Source: a virus (taxonomy: Duplodnaviria; Caudoviricetes). Taken from it: a stretch of 64,000 bases of DNA. The notes beneath the pieces were generated by a model. That model had not been told where the DNA came from, did no database searches, and saw only the letters and a program-made list of their open reading frames with translations. The translations under genes and the position numbers were made by a program. The stretch lies in IMG/VR virus record IMGVR_UViG_3300050343_000159. The stretch is one strand, 5' to 3'. Numbering within the stretch: position 1 is the stretch's first letter; every line of letters starts with the position of its first letter. This document shows positions 53,675-64,000 of the stretch, piece by piece.

Positions 53675-56343
53675 TAGGGTTTCACTATAATAGGTCCATT
53701 CCTACAACTCTTAAGTTGAATGGACCTTCACCTTAGCATACTCTAACACAACCAGTTGATACATCAGAATCAATCACTGGTGTTGCAACTTTTACTGGAA
53801 TTGCAACTGCAACATATCCATCATCTCCTGGTGATATTATTGAGGGTACCTTTGATTTCATTGGTTTCTTGATAACACTGAGATCTTTCAACTCTTCTGG
53901 TATTACTATTGTAAGTAGTGGTAATATTTCCACATGCACATTCTCAAATATTCCATCAACTAGTGATGGAAAAATTAGTAAAGATGGTTACAGATTATAT
54001 TCCTGGAACAAGTGAATCAAATGCTATTAATGATGATCTCAGATCAAATTCAGCTACACTCACATTGATTCCTGGTATTCAGATTATTACACAACCACAA
54101 TCTGTTGAAGTTGCTTGCAGGAAGTGTTGATGCAATATTCTCTGTTGATGCTCAACTTGATCAATGGAACAACTGATGGTAAGGATCTTATCCTATCAAT
54201 GGTATTTCTGATAATCAACCAATCACTGATGCCGGTGATAATCAATGGATATACTTATAGTGGATCTGGAACTTATACTCTTACTGTGCTGATGTTGGTA
54301 ATGATGTTTCTGGTGGTGGTAGATCTATTGTAAGAGGTGTAAATGGTGGTAGTGGTGGTTCTGCACAAGGTATCACAACATTCTATTCAGGAGAAACATA
54401 TATCCTGAGAATTGGTGGTGCTGGTCAGAATGGAGGATCTGGTGGGTTTTCTGGTGGTGGCAATGGTGGAGGCGGTCACGGAAGAGGTGGTGGCGGTGGT
54501 GGATTCACTGGCCTTTTCAAGGGATCTGTATCACAATCTAATGCTATTATCATTGCTGGTGGCGGTGGTGGTGGTTCCAATGACCCAGCTACTGGTGGCA
54601 CTGGTGGCGGAGAATCAGGAGGTAGAGGATCTAATGGTGGTCGTGCCGGTGGTGGTGGAACACAATCTGGTGGAGGATCTGGGTCTGGTGGAGGACAATC
54701 AGGATCTGCACTTCAAGGTGGAACAGGTGCCGCAGGTGGCGGTGGTGGATACTTCGGTGGTGGAGGAGGCCAGTATGTTGGTGGATGTTGCGCTGATGGT
54801 GCAGGTGGTGGTGGATCGGGTTTCCTATCTCCTACACTACTTAAGGAATCAAGTTTTAGTTCATCAAACAGTGCAGGTGGAGGAAGCCCAAGCAATGATG
54901 GAACATTTAAGATTGATAGAGTTTCCATTGTTAAACAGATTGTTGTTGATGCATCTGGTGTAAACTCACCAAATCTCACTCTTACTACAGATGATTCAAA
55001 CTTTGGTGGTGTGGCCAGATGTGTGATGAGTGCATCAAATGTACAAAATTCTCCATTAGAATCTAACCCAGTATCTTATGAAGTTGTAGATCCTAGAAAC
55101 ATTATCAACTTTGAATCATATACGTTTGACAATCAATATAAGACATCAATTGTAAACTTTGATAGTACATCCAACTATACAATTGATAGTAGTACCTTTG
55201 GAACTGATTATTCTATTCTCCAATTCCACTCTACGGAACAGAGTGTTCCTGTAACTCTAGAGATGTATTCATCTAAAGGTGCAGATAATGGATCTTATAT
55301 TGGAGGAGAAGGTGGTGTATCTACTATTGAGTTTACTATAGACCGTAATGTTGAGCACACACTGATCGGTATTGCTAATAACTCCGCATTGTTCCTCTAT
55401 CGTGGATCTAACTTGATCGCAGTGGTTGGTGAAGGTGGAGACGCTGGTACATCAGGCGATGGTGGTGCTGGTGGTGGTATCAATATTCCTGGTGAAGATG
55501 GTGGTGGTAGATTGGGTGGATCTGGTGGATATAAAGTTAACTCTGGAACCCTATCACTGAGTGGATCATATGGTTCAGTATATGAAACCTCTGGTATTAC
55601 ACTTTATCCTGGAGATTCAGTAGCACAATCACCTGATGGTGGTAAAACAATTAGTTGTACTAAGGGTTCTTATTGGATCGATCAAGGTATTGCTGCTTGT
55701 AGTGATAACAGTTCTTCAGAGATTAAATTTGTGAATGTTGATGGTACTACCATGATAGTAGCTCCAGTATTATTAGAGGGTTTAAACCTGGATACACTAT
55801 GAGCAACACCTCAGGTTTAGAAATCAACAATGGTGGTAGAGGTGGCAGTGGTGCAACTGGTGGAGGTGGAGGTACTTCCGGTTCAGGTGGTGGTGGTGGA
55901 TCAGGATATACTGATGGGTCTGTTACTGTAACTACATCTGTTCTTGGTAGCAGTGTTGGTAATTCGAAAGTAATCTTTATGCCCTTTAGTAAGATTGTTA
56001 CCTTTACTCAGTCTAAAAATTCAACAGAGAACATTTACGCTGTAATGACATTAATATCGGGTAGTGGTCCATCACAAATTGCCTTTGGTTCACAAACTGG
56101 TAACATTGATGGATCGGCATATCCCCTTAGATGACATTGTGGTATCAATTTCACAGGGCTCAATTTACAGGATCAATACTTCCTTAACAAGGAATGTTGA
56201 TACATGACCTTTCTGGGTCTCATCCTAATAACCAAACGGTAAACTTTAGTGATCAAGATAGCAACCCTGTAACACTAGAGGTAATAGTAGATAGAGGTAA
56301 ATTCTCAACATTCACAAAGACTGGACTTACCTACACTTTCTAA
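53671..56343 (+). CDS. Glycine-rich virion protein (fragmented)
   Basis: IITQPQS Ig-like segment, GGGGGFTG/GGGGGYFGG glycine-rich domains, fragments 55011-55802 and 55799-56134. Confidence 0.6.
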
Positions 56344-56344
56344 C

Positions 56345-56352
56345 TATAAATA
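56345..56352 (+). promoter_or_regulatory. T4-type late promoter
   Basis: TATAAATA 38 nt before the ATG at 56390. Confidence 0.75.
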
Positions 56353-56389
56353 AGTATAAGGTGGATAGTGAAACCTTTATAGGAGAAAA

Positions 56390-57322
56390 ATGGCTGTCAA
56401 CAAGAATTTTGTAGTCAAAAATGGGATTGAAGTTGCAGAGGATTTAATCTTTGCAAATTCAGACCTAGGTAAAGTCGGTATTGGTTCCACTATCCCAACC
56501 ACTACCCTTGACGTTAAAGGTCAGGGTATTGCAGCTGAAGATGGTCTGTTTACTGGAATTGTAACCGCAATATCTGAACTCAATGTGGGTTCAGGTGGAA
56601 CAGTTATTACTGCATTGCCATCAGGTCTAATTGGACTTGGTACTGCATCTCCTCAATATAATGTACATATTGTAAGACCAAGACCCTGAAGCATCAGGTG
56701 AGATTTCAACCTCACTTTATGTGTCGGGTGATGTTACTGTAACTGGTCGTGTTCAATCAAACGCGATTACAAATAGTTCAGAAGTAACGACTAGTAACTT
56801 AAATGTTACTGGTATTGCTACTGTCAGCAGTCTTGAGGCATCACAGAAGGAAATCTTCACTCAGTTTGATGTAGTTAATAGTGGTAGTGGAGCCTATCAG
56901 TTCAATGCAACTGGTATTGGTTTCACACAGAACACTAATAACCCTACTCTATATCTAACAAGAGGTCAGAACTATCGTTTCAATGTAAACGCATCTGGTC
57001 ATCCATTCCTATATTAAGACCTCACCTGGAACTGGTACTGGTAATCAGTATAATCAATGGTGTTGAGAATAATGGTGCAGCAGTTGGAATTGTAACCTTT
57101 AAGGTTCCATTCGACGCACCTAATACACTATATTATCAGTCTTCAATGCACAAAATCAGGTGCTGGCGTAGGTGTTGGTTCTGAAGGAACTTTCATTGGT
57201 GCTGGTGTTACGATGTGATTTTAAATCATCAAATGGATACACCGTTGATATTTCATCAGGAATTGCATCAGTCACGTAACACCGGTATCTCAATTGGTCT
57301 AGCCATTGCACTTGGCGGCTAA
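56390..57322 (+). CDS. Tail-fibre-like protein (fragmented, with an internal junction near 57150)
   Basis: MAVNKNFVVKNGIEV, KVGIGSTIP, NPTLYLTRGQNYRFNVNASGHPF, C-terminus ISIGLAIALGG. Confidence 0.6.
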
Positions 57323-57349
57323 TAAATATCACTAACACCCCGTAAAACA

Positions 57350-57883
57350 ATGGCAGAATTATTTGTAAATGCGTTAGCTAAATCGGCAGGTATTGTTACG
57401 ACCAGTTCCAATGGTACTATTGGAGCTAATGCTATCACAATCACCGGTATCTCAACTGTAGGAGTAAGTGTCGGTTATCTTGTTGATACCCAACACTTCA
57501 GAGGTGGTGCAAAAGTAAAAGCTCTTGGAGCAAGTCAAGTCACTGTAGATAAAACATCTACAAACACTGCTTCTGCCGCCAATCAGAGTGTTAAGTTCCT
57601 AGGACCAACAACCTCATACGCATCACCATCTTCAACTAAGAGTATTTTGATTGGTGGTACATTCTCAAACCTCACAGGCAATAATGTGAATATTACAGTT
57701 GAGGTTGTGACTGGTGTAACATCTACAACTATTGCAAATAACATCCCTGTCCCTAGTGGAAGTTCTTTTGTTATTAGTGATGCTGGTAAGACAGTATTGG
57801 CTGGAGGAGATGTAGTGAATATCTATTGTGATACAGAAAATGCTATTGATGTAACACTAGGTGTTCTTCAGGGGGTCAGCTAA
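57350..57883 (+). CDS. Virion structural protein
   Basis: MAELFVNALAKSAGIV...IPVPSGSSFVI.DAGKTVL..GD; late-like box upstream. Confidence 0.65.
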   Translation: MAELFVNALAKSAGIVTTSSNGTIGANAITITGISTVGVSVGYLVDTQHFRGGAKVKALGASQVTVDKTSTNTASAANQSVKFLGPTTSYASPSSTKSILIGGTFSNLTGNNVNITVEVVTGVTSTTIANNIPVPSGSSFVISDAGKTVLAGGDVVNIYCDTENAIDVTLGVLQGVS

Positions 57884-58311
57884 TGGCAGATAGAAGCGGT
57901 TATATCGGAAGAGCTCCAAGTGATAGTAGTATCACGGTTGCTCGTCAAACAAATCAACCTACTGGGGTTACTACAACTTTTGTATTCAACTCTGGATATG
58001 ATGTAGGTTACCTTGACGTATATGTCAATGGTTCTAAACTTATTAACGTTGTTGGTGATGGTAGTGAATTAACTGGCGTCAGTGGATTTGCTACTGCACT
58101 TTCTAGTGATCAAACATCACCATTAAATGTATTCTTTAAAACACCACAACAGGTGAATATTGGTGCAGGAACATCTGTGACTGTAGAATCTGATGCAACT
58201 TCAGGTAATATTGCATTTATTAGAGAGAGTATTGTTCATGTAGCAACTGGTGCTACTTTCCATGTTAAGACAAGCACTACGTTAGTTACTAACGTGCTTA
58301 GTGTATTTTGA
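57883..58311 (+). CDS. Short tail-fibre-like protein (apparent internal deletion near 58045)
   Basis: MADRSGYIGRAP, GYLDVYVNG.KL directly followed by GDGSELTG. Confidence 0.55.
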   Translation: MADRSGYIGRAPSDSSITVARQTNQPTGVTTTFVFNSGYDVGYLDVYVNGSKLINVVGDGSELTGVSGFATALSSDQTSPLNVFFKTPQQVNIGAGTSVTVESDATSGNIAFIRESIVHVATGATFHVKTSTTLVTNVLSVF

Positions 58312-58345
58312 TAAATAAAACATAGCAAAAGGATTTTAGAAAACG

Positions 58346-60334
58346 ATGTCTGAAATTAGGGTAAATAAACTTATTGATGAAGCGGGAACAGGTGCAGTTG
58401 AGCTGACTCAAGGTGCAACCCTCCCTAGTGGAAAGACAATCAGTGGTGGAGGATTAACTGGAACACCAAATATTGTAGTTGGTTCAGTAACAGGAACCAC
58501 AGGATCATTTAGTGGTAATGTATCAGTTGGTGGGACATTAACTTATGAAGATGTAACCTAATGTTAGATTCTGTTGGACATTGGTAGATAATGAAAGAGG
58601 AATTAGATATCATTTAGCTTCCGATGAACAAAACTTGGCAAGAGACCGTAATTGGTTTAACTCATTTAATTCAGACGGATACACATTTAGTACTAATGAT
58701 ACAGAGTTGAACTACTCGGACAAGGATTACGTCTCCTGGACATTTCGTAAAGCGCCTGGTTTCTTTGATGTAGTTACATATACGGGCACAGGTAGTGTGA
58801 GAACAGTTGCACATTCACTCGGCAGTGTGCCTGGAATGATACTTATCAAATGCACTACTCATGATTCCGATTGGTCGGTTTATCACCGATCAATGGGTGC
58901 AACCAAGAATATGCATTTGAATAACACTTCTGCAGCAGATACACAGGCTGGACCCTTTAACGATACTGAGCCAACATCCACCCATTTCACGGTCAACTAC
59001 GACGGTGACGTAAACGGTAGTGGTAAAGGCTACGTTGCCTACGTCTTTGCTCATAACGATGCATCAGTTTGGCACGGGTGGTGATGAAAGCATTATTACA
59101 TGTGGAACTTATACGGGTAATAATGGTACTCAAGACATTGGTGTTGGATTTTGAACCTCAGTTTGTATTAATAAAGAATACTAATGGTACCAGTAACTGG
59201 ACTATGTTAGATGTGACAAGAGGAGCTGCAAACAATGATACAAACCAAGCCTTTCTGTATTCGAATGCCCCCGACGTAGAAACTTACCCTTACAGAGCGT
59301 ATGCAACACACACTGGATTTGGATTCAAAACCGAATCTTCTTCTGAAATAAACAGTAGTAGTAACACCTATATCTACATGGCAATCCGCCGTCCAAATAA
59401 GCCACCTGAAACTGGGACGGATGTATTCCACGCATATTATGGAACACCATCAAGTGGTTCATTTATCACTAATGGATTTCCTTTTGACTTGCAAATTGCA
59501 AAAGAAGCCAGCGCTAACGGGAACAACTGGTTTTTCACAAGACAGCTAGGAATTAACACTTGGAAGACTACGTCTCAATATACAAGACAACTTATTTCTA
59601 ATGCTACTGACGCAAAGGCGGCTAGTAGTAACACCAAAAGTGTTTACACCACAAAGTATGGAATAGCCAGTGCATGGGCAAACAATTTGATGATATTTTA
59701 CACTTTCAAACGTGCCCCAGGTTTTTTTGATGTAGTTAACTATTTTGGAAACAACAGTCCTAGGACAATTTTGCATAATTTGGGGGCGGTGCCCGAATTG
59801 ATGATTGTCAAAGATACTAGTAGAGCTGAAGAATGGATGGTTTATCACGCAGCAAGTGGTGCAAACAAGTGGTTAAAATTAAATTCTAATGATTCTCAAT
59901 CCAATGATAGTGGAGGAGATATGTGGGGTGGAACAACCCCAACATCTTCAGTATTCAGTCTTGGAAACTCATCAAATACAAATCACAATGGTAGTATTAT
60001 TATTGCTTACCTATTCGCAACCCTACCTGGTATATCAAAAGTAGGTAGTTATTCTGGAACTGGTAACGCAATTAATGTTGACTGCGGATTTACAAATGGT
60101 GCCAGGTTTGTACTAATTAAACGAACTGATGTCGGTGGCGATTGGGACGTTATGGACTCAGTTCGTGGCATTACTTCTGGCAATGATAAGCACTTTGCTT
60201 TAAATACCAATACGGCAGAAGGCACAAGTAGTGATTTCATCGACCCACTTAATACAGGATTTACAGTTAGTGCATCAGCCCCTAATGATATAAATCAATC
60301 CGGCGGCACCTACATTTTCCTTGCCATTGCATAA
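58346..60334 (+). CDS. Tail-fibre protein with two GFFDVV repeat domains (indels near 58560 and 59070)
   Basis: MSEIRVNKL N-terminus; TFRKAPGFFDVVTYTG and TFKRAPGFFDVVNYFG; C-terminus GGTYIFLAIA. Confidence 0.7.
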
Positions 60335-60337
60335 TAT

Positions 60338-60814
60338 ATGGAACTAAGGGTTAGAGAAACTGGTGAAGTCATTAGTGAAAGAGATTTATATTATAAGTAT
60401 CCAAATATTTCTTTCCCTAAACCATTGACACCATATGTTATAGACACATATGGTCTTGAGGTTATTCTTGAAGGACCACAACCACAAACTACTTCACCAT
60501 ATGAAACTGTTGTAAGACAGGGTATTGAGGAGATTAAAGGTAAGTGGTTTACTAAGTATGTGATTGGTCCTATCTTCAATAATCAAGAAGATGAGGATTC
60601 ATATAGATTGAATATTGATACTCAAGCATCTGAGAGTATTAGAAGCAATAGAAATAGTTTGATATCAAAATCTGATTGGATGGGTTGTTCTGATGTTATA
60701 ATGAGTGATGAGTGGAGACAGTATCGTCAAGAACTGAGAGATATTACAACTCAAGAAGGTTTTCCTCACAATGTAGAGTGGCCTGAAGAACCAACCGGTT
60801 TTAAATCTTTTTGA
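60338..60814 (+). CDS. Tail-fibre assembly chaperone-like protein
   Basis: RSNRNSLISKSDW...WRQYRQELRDITTQEGFP.NVEWP motif. Confidence 0.75.
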   Translation: MELRVRETGEVISERDLYYKYPNISFPKPLTPYVIDTYGLEVILEGPQPQTTSPYETVVRQGIEEIKGKWFTKYVIGPIFNNQEDEDSYRLNIDTQASESIRSNRNSLISKSDWMGCSDVIMSDEWRQYRQELRDITTQEGFPHNVEWPEEPTGFKSF

Positions 60815-60818
60815 TTGA

Positions 60819-60826
60819 TATAAATA
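60819..60826 (+). promoter_or_regulatory. T4-type late promoter
   Basis: TATAAATA before the ATG at 60847. Confidence 0.75.
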
Positions 60827-60846
60827 ACTAAAAAGTAATAGCTGAG

Positions 60847-62922
60847 ATGACTAGGGCTAGAGAACTTGCAAAATTAGCTAACCCAGAAGTTTTTAGCGTT
60901 GACTCCAGTAACAATGTTGGTGTCAATAGTTTAACTCCTGATGCCAAACTTGATGTTGTTGGTGTTGTCAGTGCTACTCAATACTTTGGTGATGGTTCAA
61001 ATCTCACTGGTATTGTAGCTGGAGCTACACTAAACGCCTCAAGTGGAACACAGAGACTTGTAGTCACCAGTCAAACTTCTGGGAGTATGACCCAAGCAGC
61101 GACCAACGCTGATATTGCATACAATACATCAACTAACACACTGAGTGCTACAAACTTCTCTGGAACCCTCTTAGGGAACGCTACAGGACTGCAGGGCACA
61201 CCAAGTATCACCGTACAGGATGTTGCAGCAGAAAAGGTATCAATCGCTGGTACGATCTCATATGAGGATGTTACCAATGTAAACTCTGTTGGTATCATTA
61301 CAGCAAATAAAGGTATTAAAGTTCCTAATTATGGAATGACTGTAACTGGTGTTGTTACAGCTACTTCGTATCAAGGAGATGGTTCATCACTTACTGGTGT
61401 TGAGTCTGGTGTATCTAACTTCGTTGCAAGTGGTACTATTCCTAATGGGTGCAAACAGTAGTCATCAAAGCAGATGGAAAGGCTGGTATTGTCACCATAT
61501 CCGTTACTGCTCCTACTTCTGCTGGTTCTCCAGTAACGTTTGAATACCCAAACTTGTCAAGTGGATTTCAGCAAGCATTTGACTCTACTAATTCAAATAA
61601 AGTAGTTGTTGCTTATGGGAAGATCAATGGTAATAGTAACTATGGAACAGCAATTGTTGGAACTGTAGATCCTAGTGCACAATTCAATTAGTTTTGGATC
61701 AGCTGCTGTTGTTTATGCTTCTGTTGATTCTAATTACAACTCTATCGTCAACATTGATAGTTCTAATAATAAAGTAGTTATTGCTTATCAATGATACTAC
61801 AAATACTGAGAGGTCAAGCGATCAATAGTCGGAGACAGTAGATCCTGGCAATAAGTCAATTACTTTTGGTTCACCCACTACTTACATAAACACTTAATGC
61901 TAACCCCCATAGAATGACATATACCGAATAGTAAGGTAAAGTAGTCATTGTCTTATAGAGATGCTAGTAATAGTTACCATAGGATGCTGCAATTGTTGGA
62001 ACAGTAAAATGTGGGAATACAGTCAATTAGTTTTGGTAGTCAGACACGATTCTAATGATTCTAATACTTTCTGATCTTGACGTTACATATGGGACTCTAC
62101 TAACGCTGTTAAAGTAGTTGTTATATATCAAGATAATGGAAACAATAACTATCCATCAGCAATTATAGGTTGCATCATCTGGAGACATCAATCAGTTTTG
62201 GTACTGAAGTTGCTATTGCTAATGTACCGATCAAGCTTACGATACTCTCTGGAGAGTTTGACTCTACTAATAACAAAATAGTAGCTGCATATGTTGATGG
62301 GGTACTAACGGTAATGCTATGGAAAAGCTGCTGTTGGTACCGTAAGTGGGACCAGTATTAGTTTTGGTACTCCAGTTGAATCTGATACTGATGTTAACTA
62401 TATTTCAATGGCTATATAACTACTCTTCAACACAGTAGAATGCATATAAATTATAGCAGATAATGATAACTAGTGGAAGTGGAACAGCAGTTGACGGAGC
62501 TGTTAGTGGCACAACAATCAGTTTTGGTACTCATACTGTTCTTGTGTGATCAAATTTCATCAGCATCATGACTCTACTATGGTGAAGAAGGTAGTACATT
62601 TGACTTAGCAGATGCTGGTAAAGTAGTTCATGCTTACAGGGCTGCGGCAACTGGAGAATCAGTTGTTATTACAGATCAACATCATCAACAAACTAACTTA
62701 ACAACAGAGAACTACATTGGAATAGCAGCAGAAGCAATTGCTAATGGAGCAACTGGTAAGATAACTACTGTTGGTGGAATCAACTCTGGTCAAACTGGTC
62801 TTACTACAGCACAAACCTATTATGTTCAGAATAATGGTACTCTTGCCACTTCTGCTGGTAATCCATCAGTAGTTGCTGGAACTGCTGTATCTAATACAAA
62901 GGTATTAGTGTGGAAATCATAA
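60847..62922 (+). CDS. Tail-fibre/receptor-binding protein with beta-propeller-like repeats, copy 1 (many indels after 61440)
   Basis: MTRARELAKLAN, GDGSNLTG, YEDVTNVNSVG, repeated FDS.NNKVV.AY...G.A.VGTV.G.SISFG. Confidence 0.7.
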
Positions 62923-62935
62923 TTCTCTATATCAA

Positions 62936-62943
62936 TATAAATA
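62936..62943 (+). promoter_or_regulatory. T4-type late promoter
   Basis: TATAAATA before the ATG at 62964. Confidence 0.75.
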
Positions 62944-62963
62944 TCTAAAAAGTAGTAGCTAAA

Positions 62964-64000
62964 ATGACTAGGGCTAGAGAACTTGCAAAATTAGCTAACT
63001 CAAACGTTTTTTAGTGTTGACGCCAATAATAACGTTGGTGTCAATAGTTCAACTCCTGATACCAAACTTGATGTGGTTGGTGTCATTAGTGCAACATCAT
63101 TTAGTGGTGATGGTTCAAACCTTACCGGTATTGTAGCTGGAGCCACACTAAACGCCTCAAGTGGAACACAAAGATTAGTTGTTACCAGTCAAACTTCTGG
63201 TAGTATGACTCAGGCTGCTACCAATTCTAATATCACTTACAATACTAGCACATCTACATTAAGTGCCACTCAGTACTCTGGTAATCTGTCAGGGAACGCT
63301 ACAGGATTACAAGGCACACCAAGCATTACAGTTCAAGATATTACAGCTGAACAGATTTCAGCGGCAGGCACTGTTACATATGCAAGAGTTGAGAATGTAA
63401 ACTCTGTTGGTATCATTACAGCTAATAAAGGTATCAAAGTTCCTAATTATGGTGTTGTTGTAACTGGTGTTGTCACAGCTACATCATTTCAAGGTGATGG
63501 TTCTGGCTTAACTGGTGTTGAGAGTGGAACACAAAGTTTTGTTGCAAGTGGTACTATTCCTAATGGTGCAACAGTAATCATTAAAACAGATGGAACTGTT
63601 GGTATTATTACTCAAACAGGTTCTGCAAATCCATCTGTTGGTTCTGTAGTAACATTTAATTCAACAAACTCATCTCCATCAGCCGCATATGATGCTAGTA
63701 GTGGTAAAGTAGTTATTGCTTATAGTCAATATGATTCTGGTAGTGGTTATGATGGTAAAGCAATTGTTGGAACTGTAAATCCTAGTAATAATTCAATTAC
63801 TTTTGGTTCTGCAGTTACAGTTAATAGTGGACAAAGTTCCTACCAGAGTGTCACATATGTTGGAAGTGGTAAAGTAGTTGTTGCATATACTGACAGCAAT
63901 CAATTCACAGGCAGAGCAAAAGTTGGAACTGTGTCTGGTACTAGTATTAGTTTTGGTAGTGCAGGAACATTTAATAATAGAACTACTGATTTGAAGTCGG
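62964..64000 (+). CDS. Paralogous tail-fibre protein, copy 2 (partial; runs off the window)
   Basis: First 36 nt identical to the 60847 gene and collinear for about 600 nt; one extra T near 63010. Confidence 0.75.

Noticed and set aside
54330-55920. GGTGGT runs as tandem or CRISPR-like repeats
   Set aside because: They encode glycine-rich protein segments with irregular spacing
28000-64000. Stop-codon reassignment or widespread programmed frameshifting to explain split genes
   Set aside because: The breaks are frame changes rather than in-frame stops, and they lack consistent slippery sites; intact genes end with TAA, TAG and TGA
1-64000. tRNA or rRNA genes
   Set aside because: No cloverleaf with T-loop/D-loop consensus or rRNA-like segment was recognised by eye; tRNAscan-SE would be needed to exclude them fully

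Overview
This is a 64-kb segment of a T4-like cyanomyovirus (Kyanoviridae-type, probably infecting marine Synechococcus/Prochlorococcus). In order it carries: a sugar/LPS-modification cassette with peptide deformylase (1-6.8 kb); a structured-leader outer-membrane-protein gene, hli genes and small ORFs (6.8-13 kb); photosynthesis and carbon auxiliary genes psbA, psbD, petF, petE, talC and glutaredoxin (13-20 kb); a glutamine-riboswitch/DUF4278 locus (22.3-22.8 kb); thyX, phoH, an exonuclease, gp33, gp59 and gp32 (23-28 kb); baseplate and tail genes gp53, gp48, gp4, gp54, gp26/gp51, large peptidoglycan-hydrolase-bearing tail proteins, hub and gp5 (28-44 kb); and giant virion and tail-fibre genes (45-64 kb). 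Many genes are broken by single-base indels, increasingly so after 28 kb. This looks like long-read consensus error, so split genes are merged here and some boundaries are approximate. Top observations: (1) a glnA-type glutamine riboswitch that can fold as two tandem aptamers or as one long-range aptamer enclosing a 54-codon ORF, upstream of a DUF4278 (GifB-like) gene; (2) a T TTT TTC -1 slippery site that would fuse gp26 to gp51, like the lambda G/GT tail chaperones; (3) RpaB HLR1-like boxes on the phage hli and psbA promoters. No tRNA genes or CRISPR arrays were seen. All family assignments come from motif recognition by eye, not from database searches.
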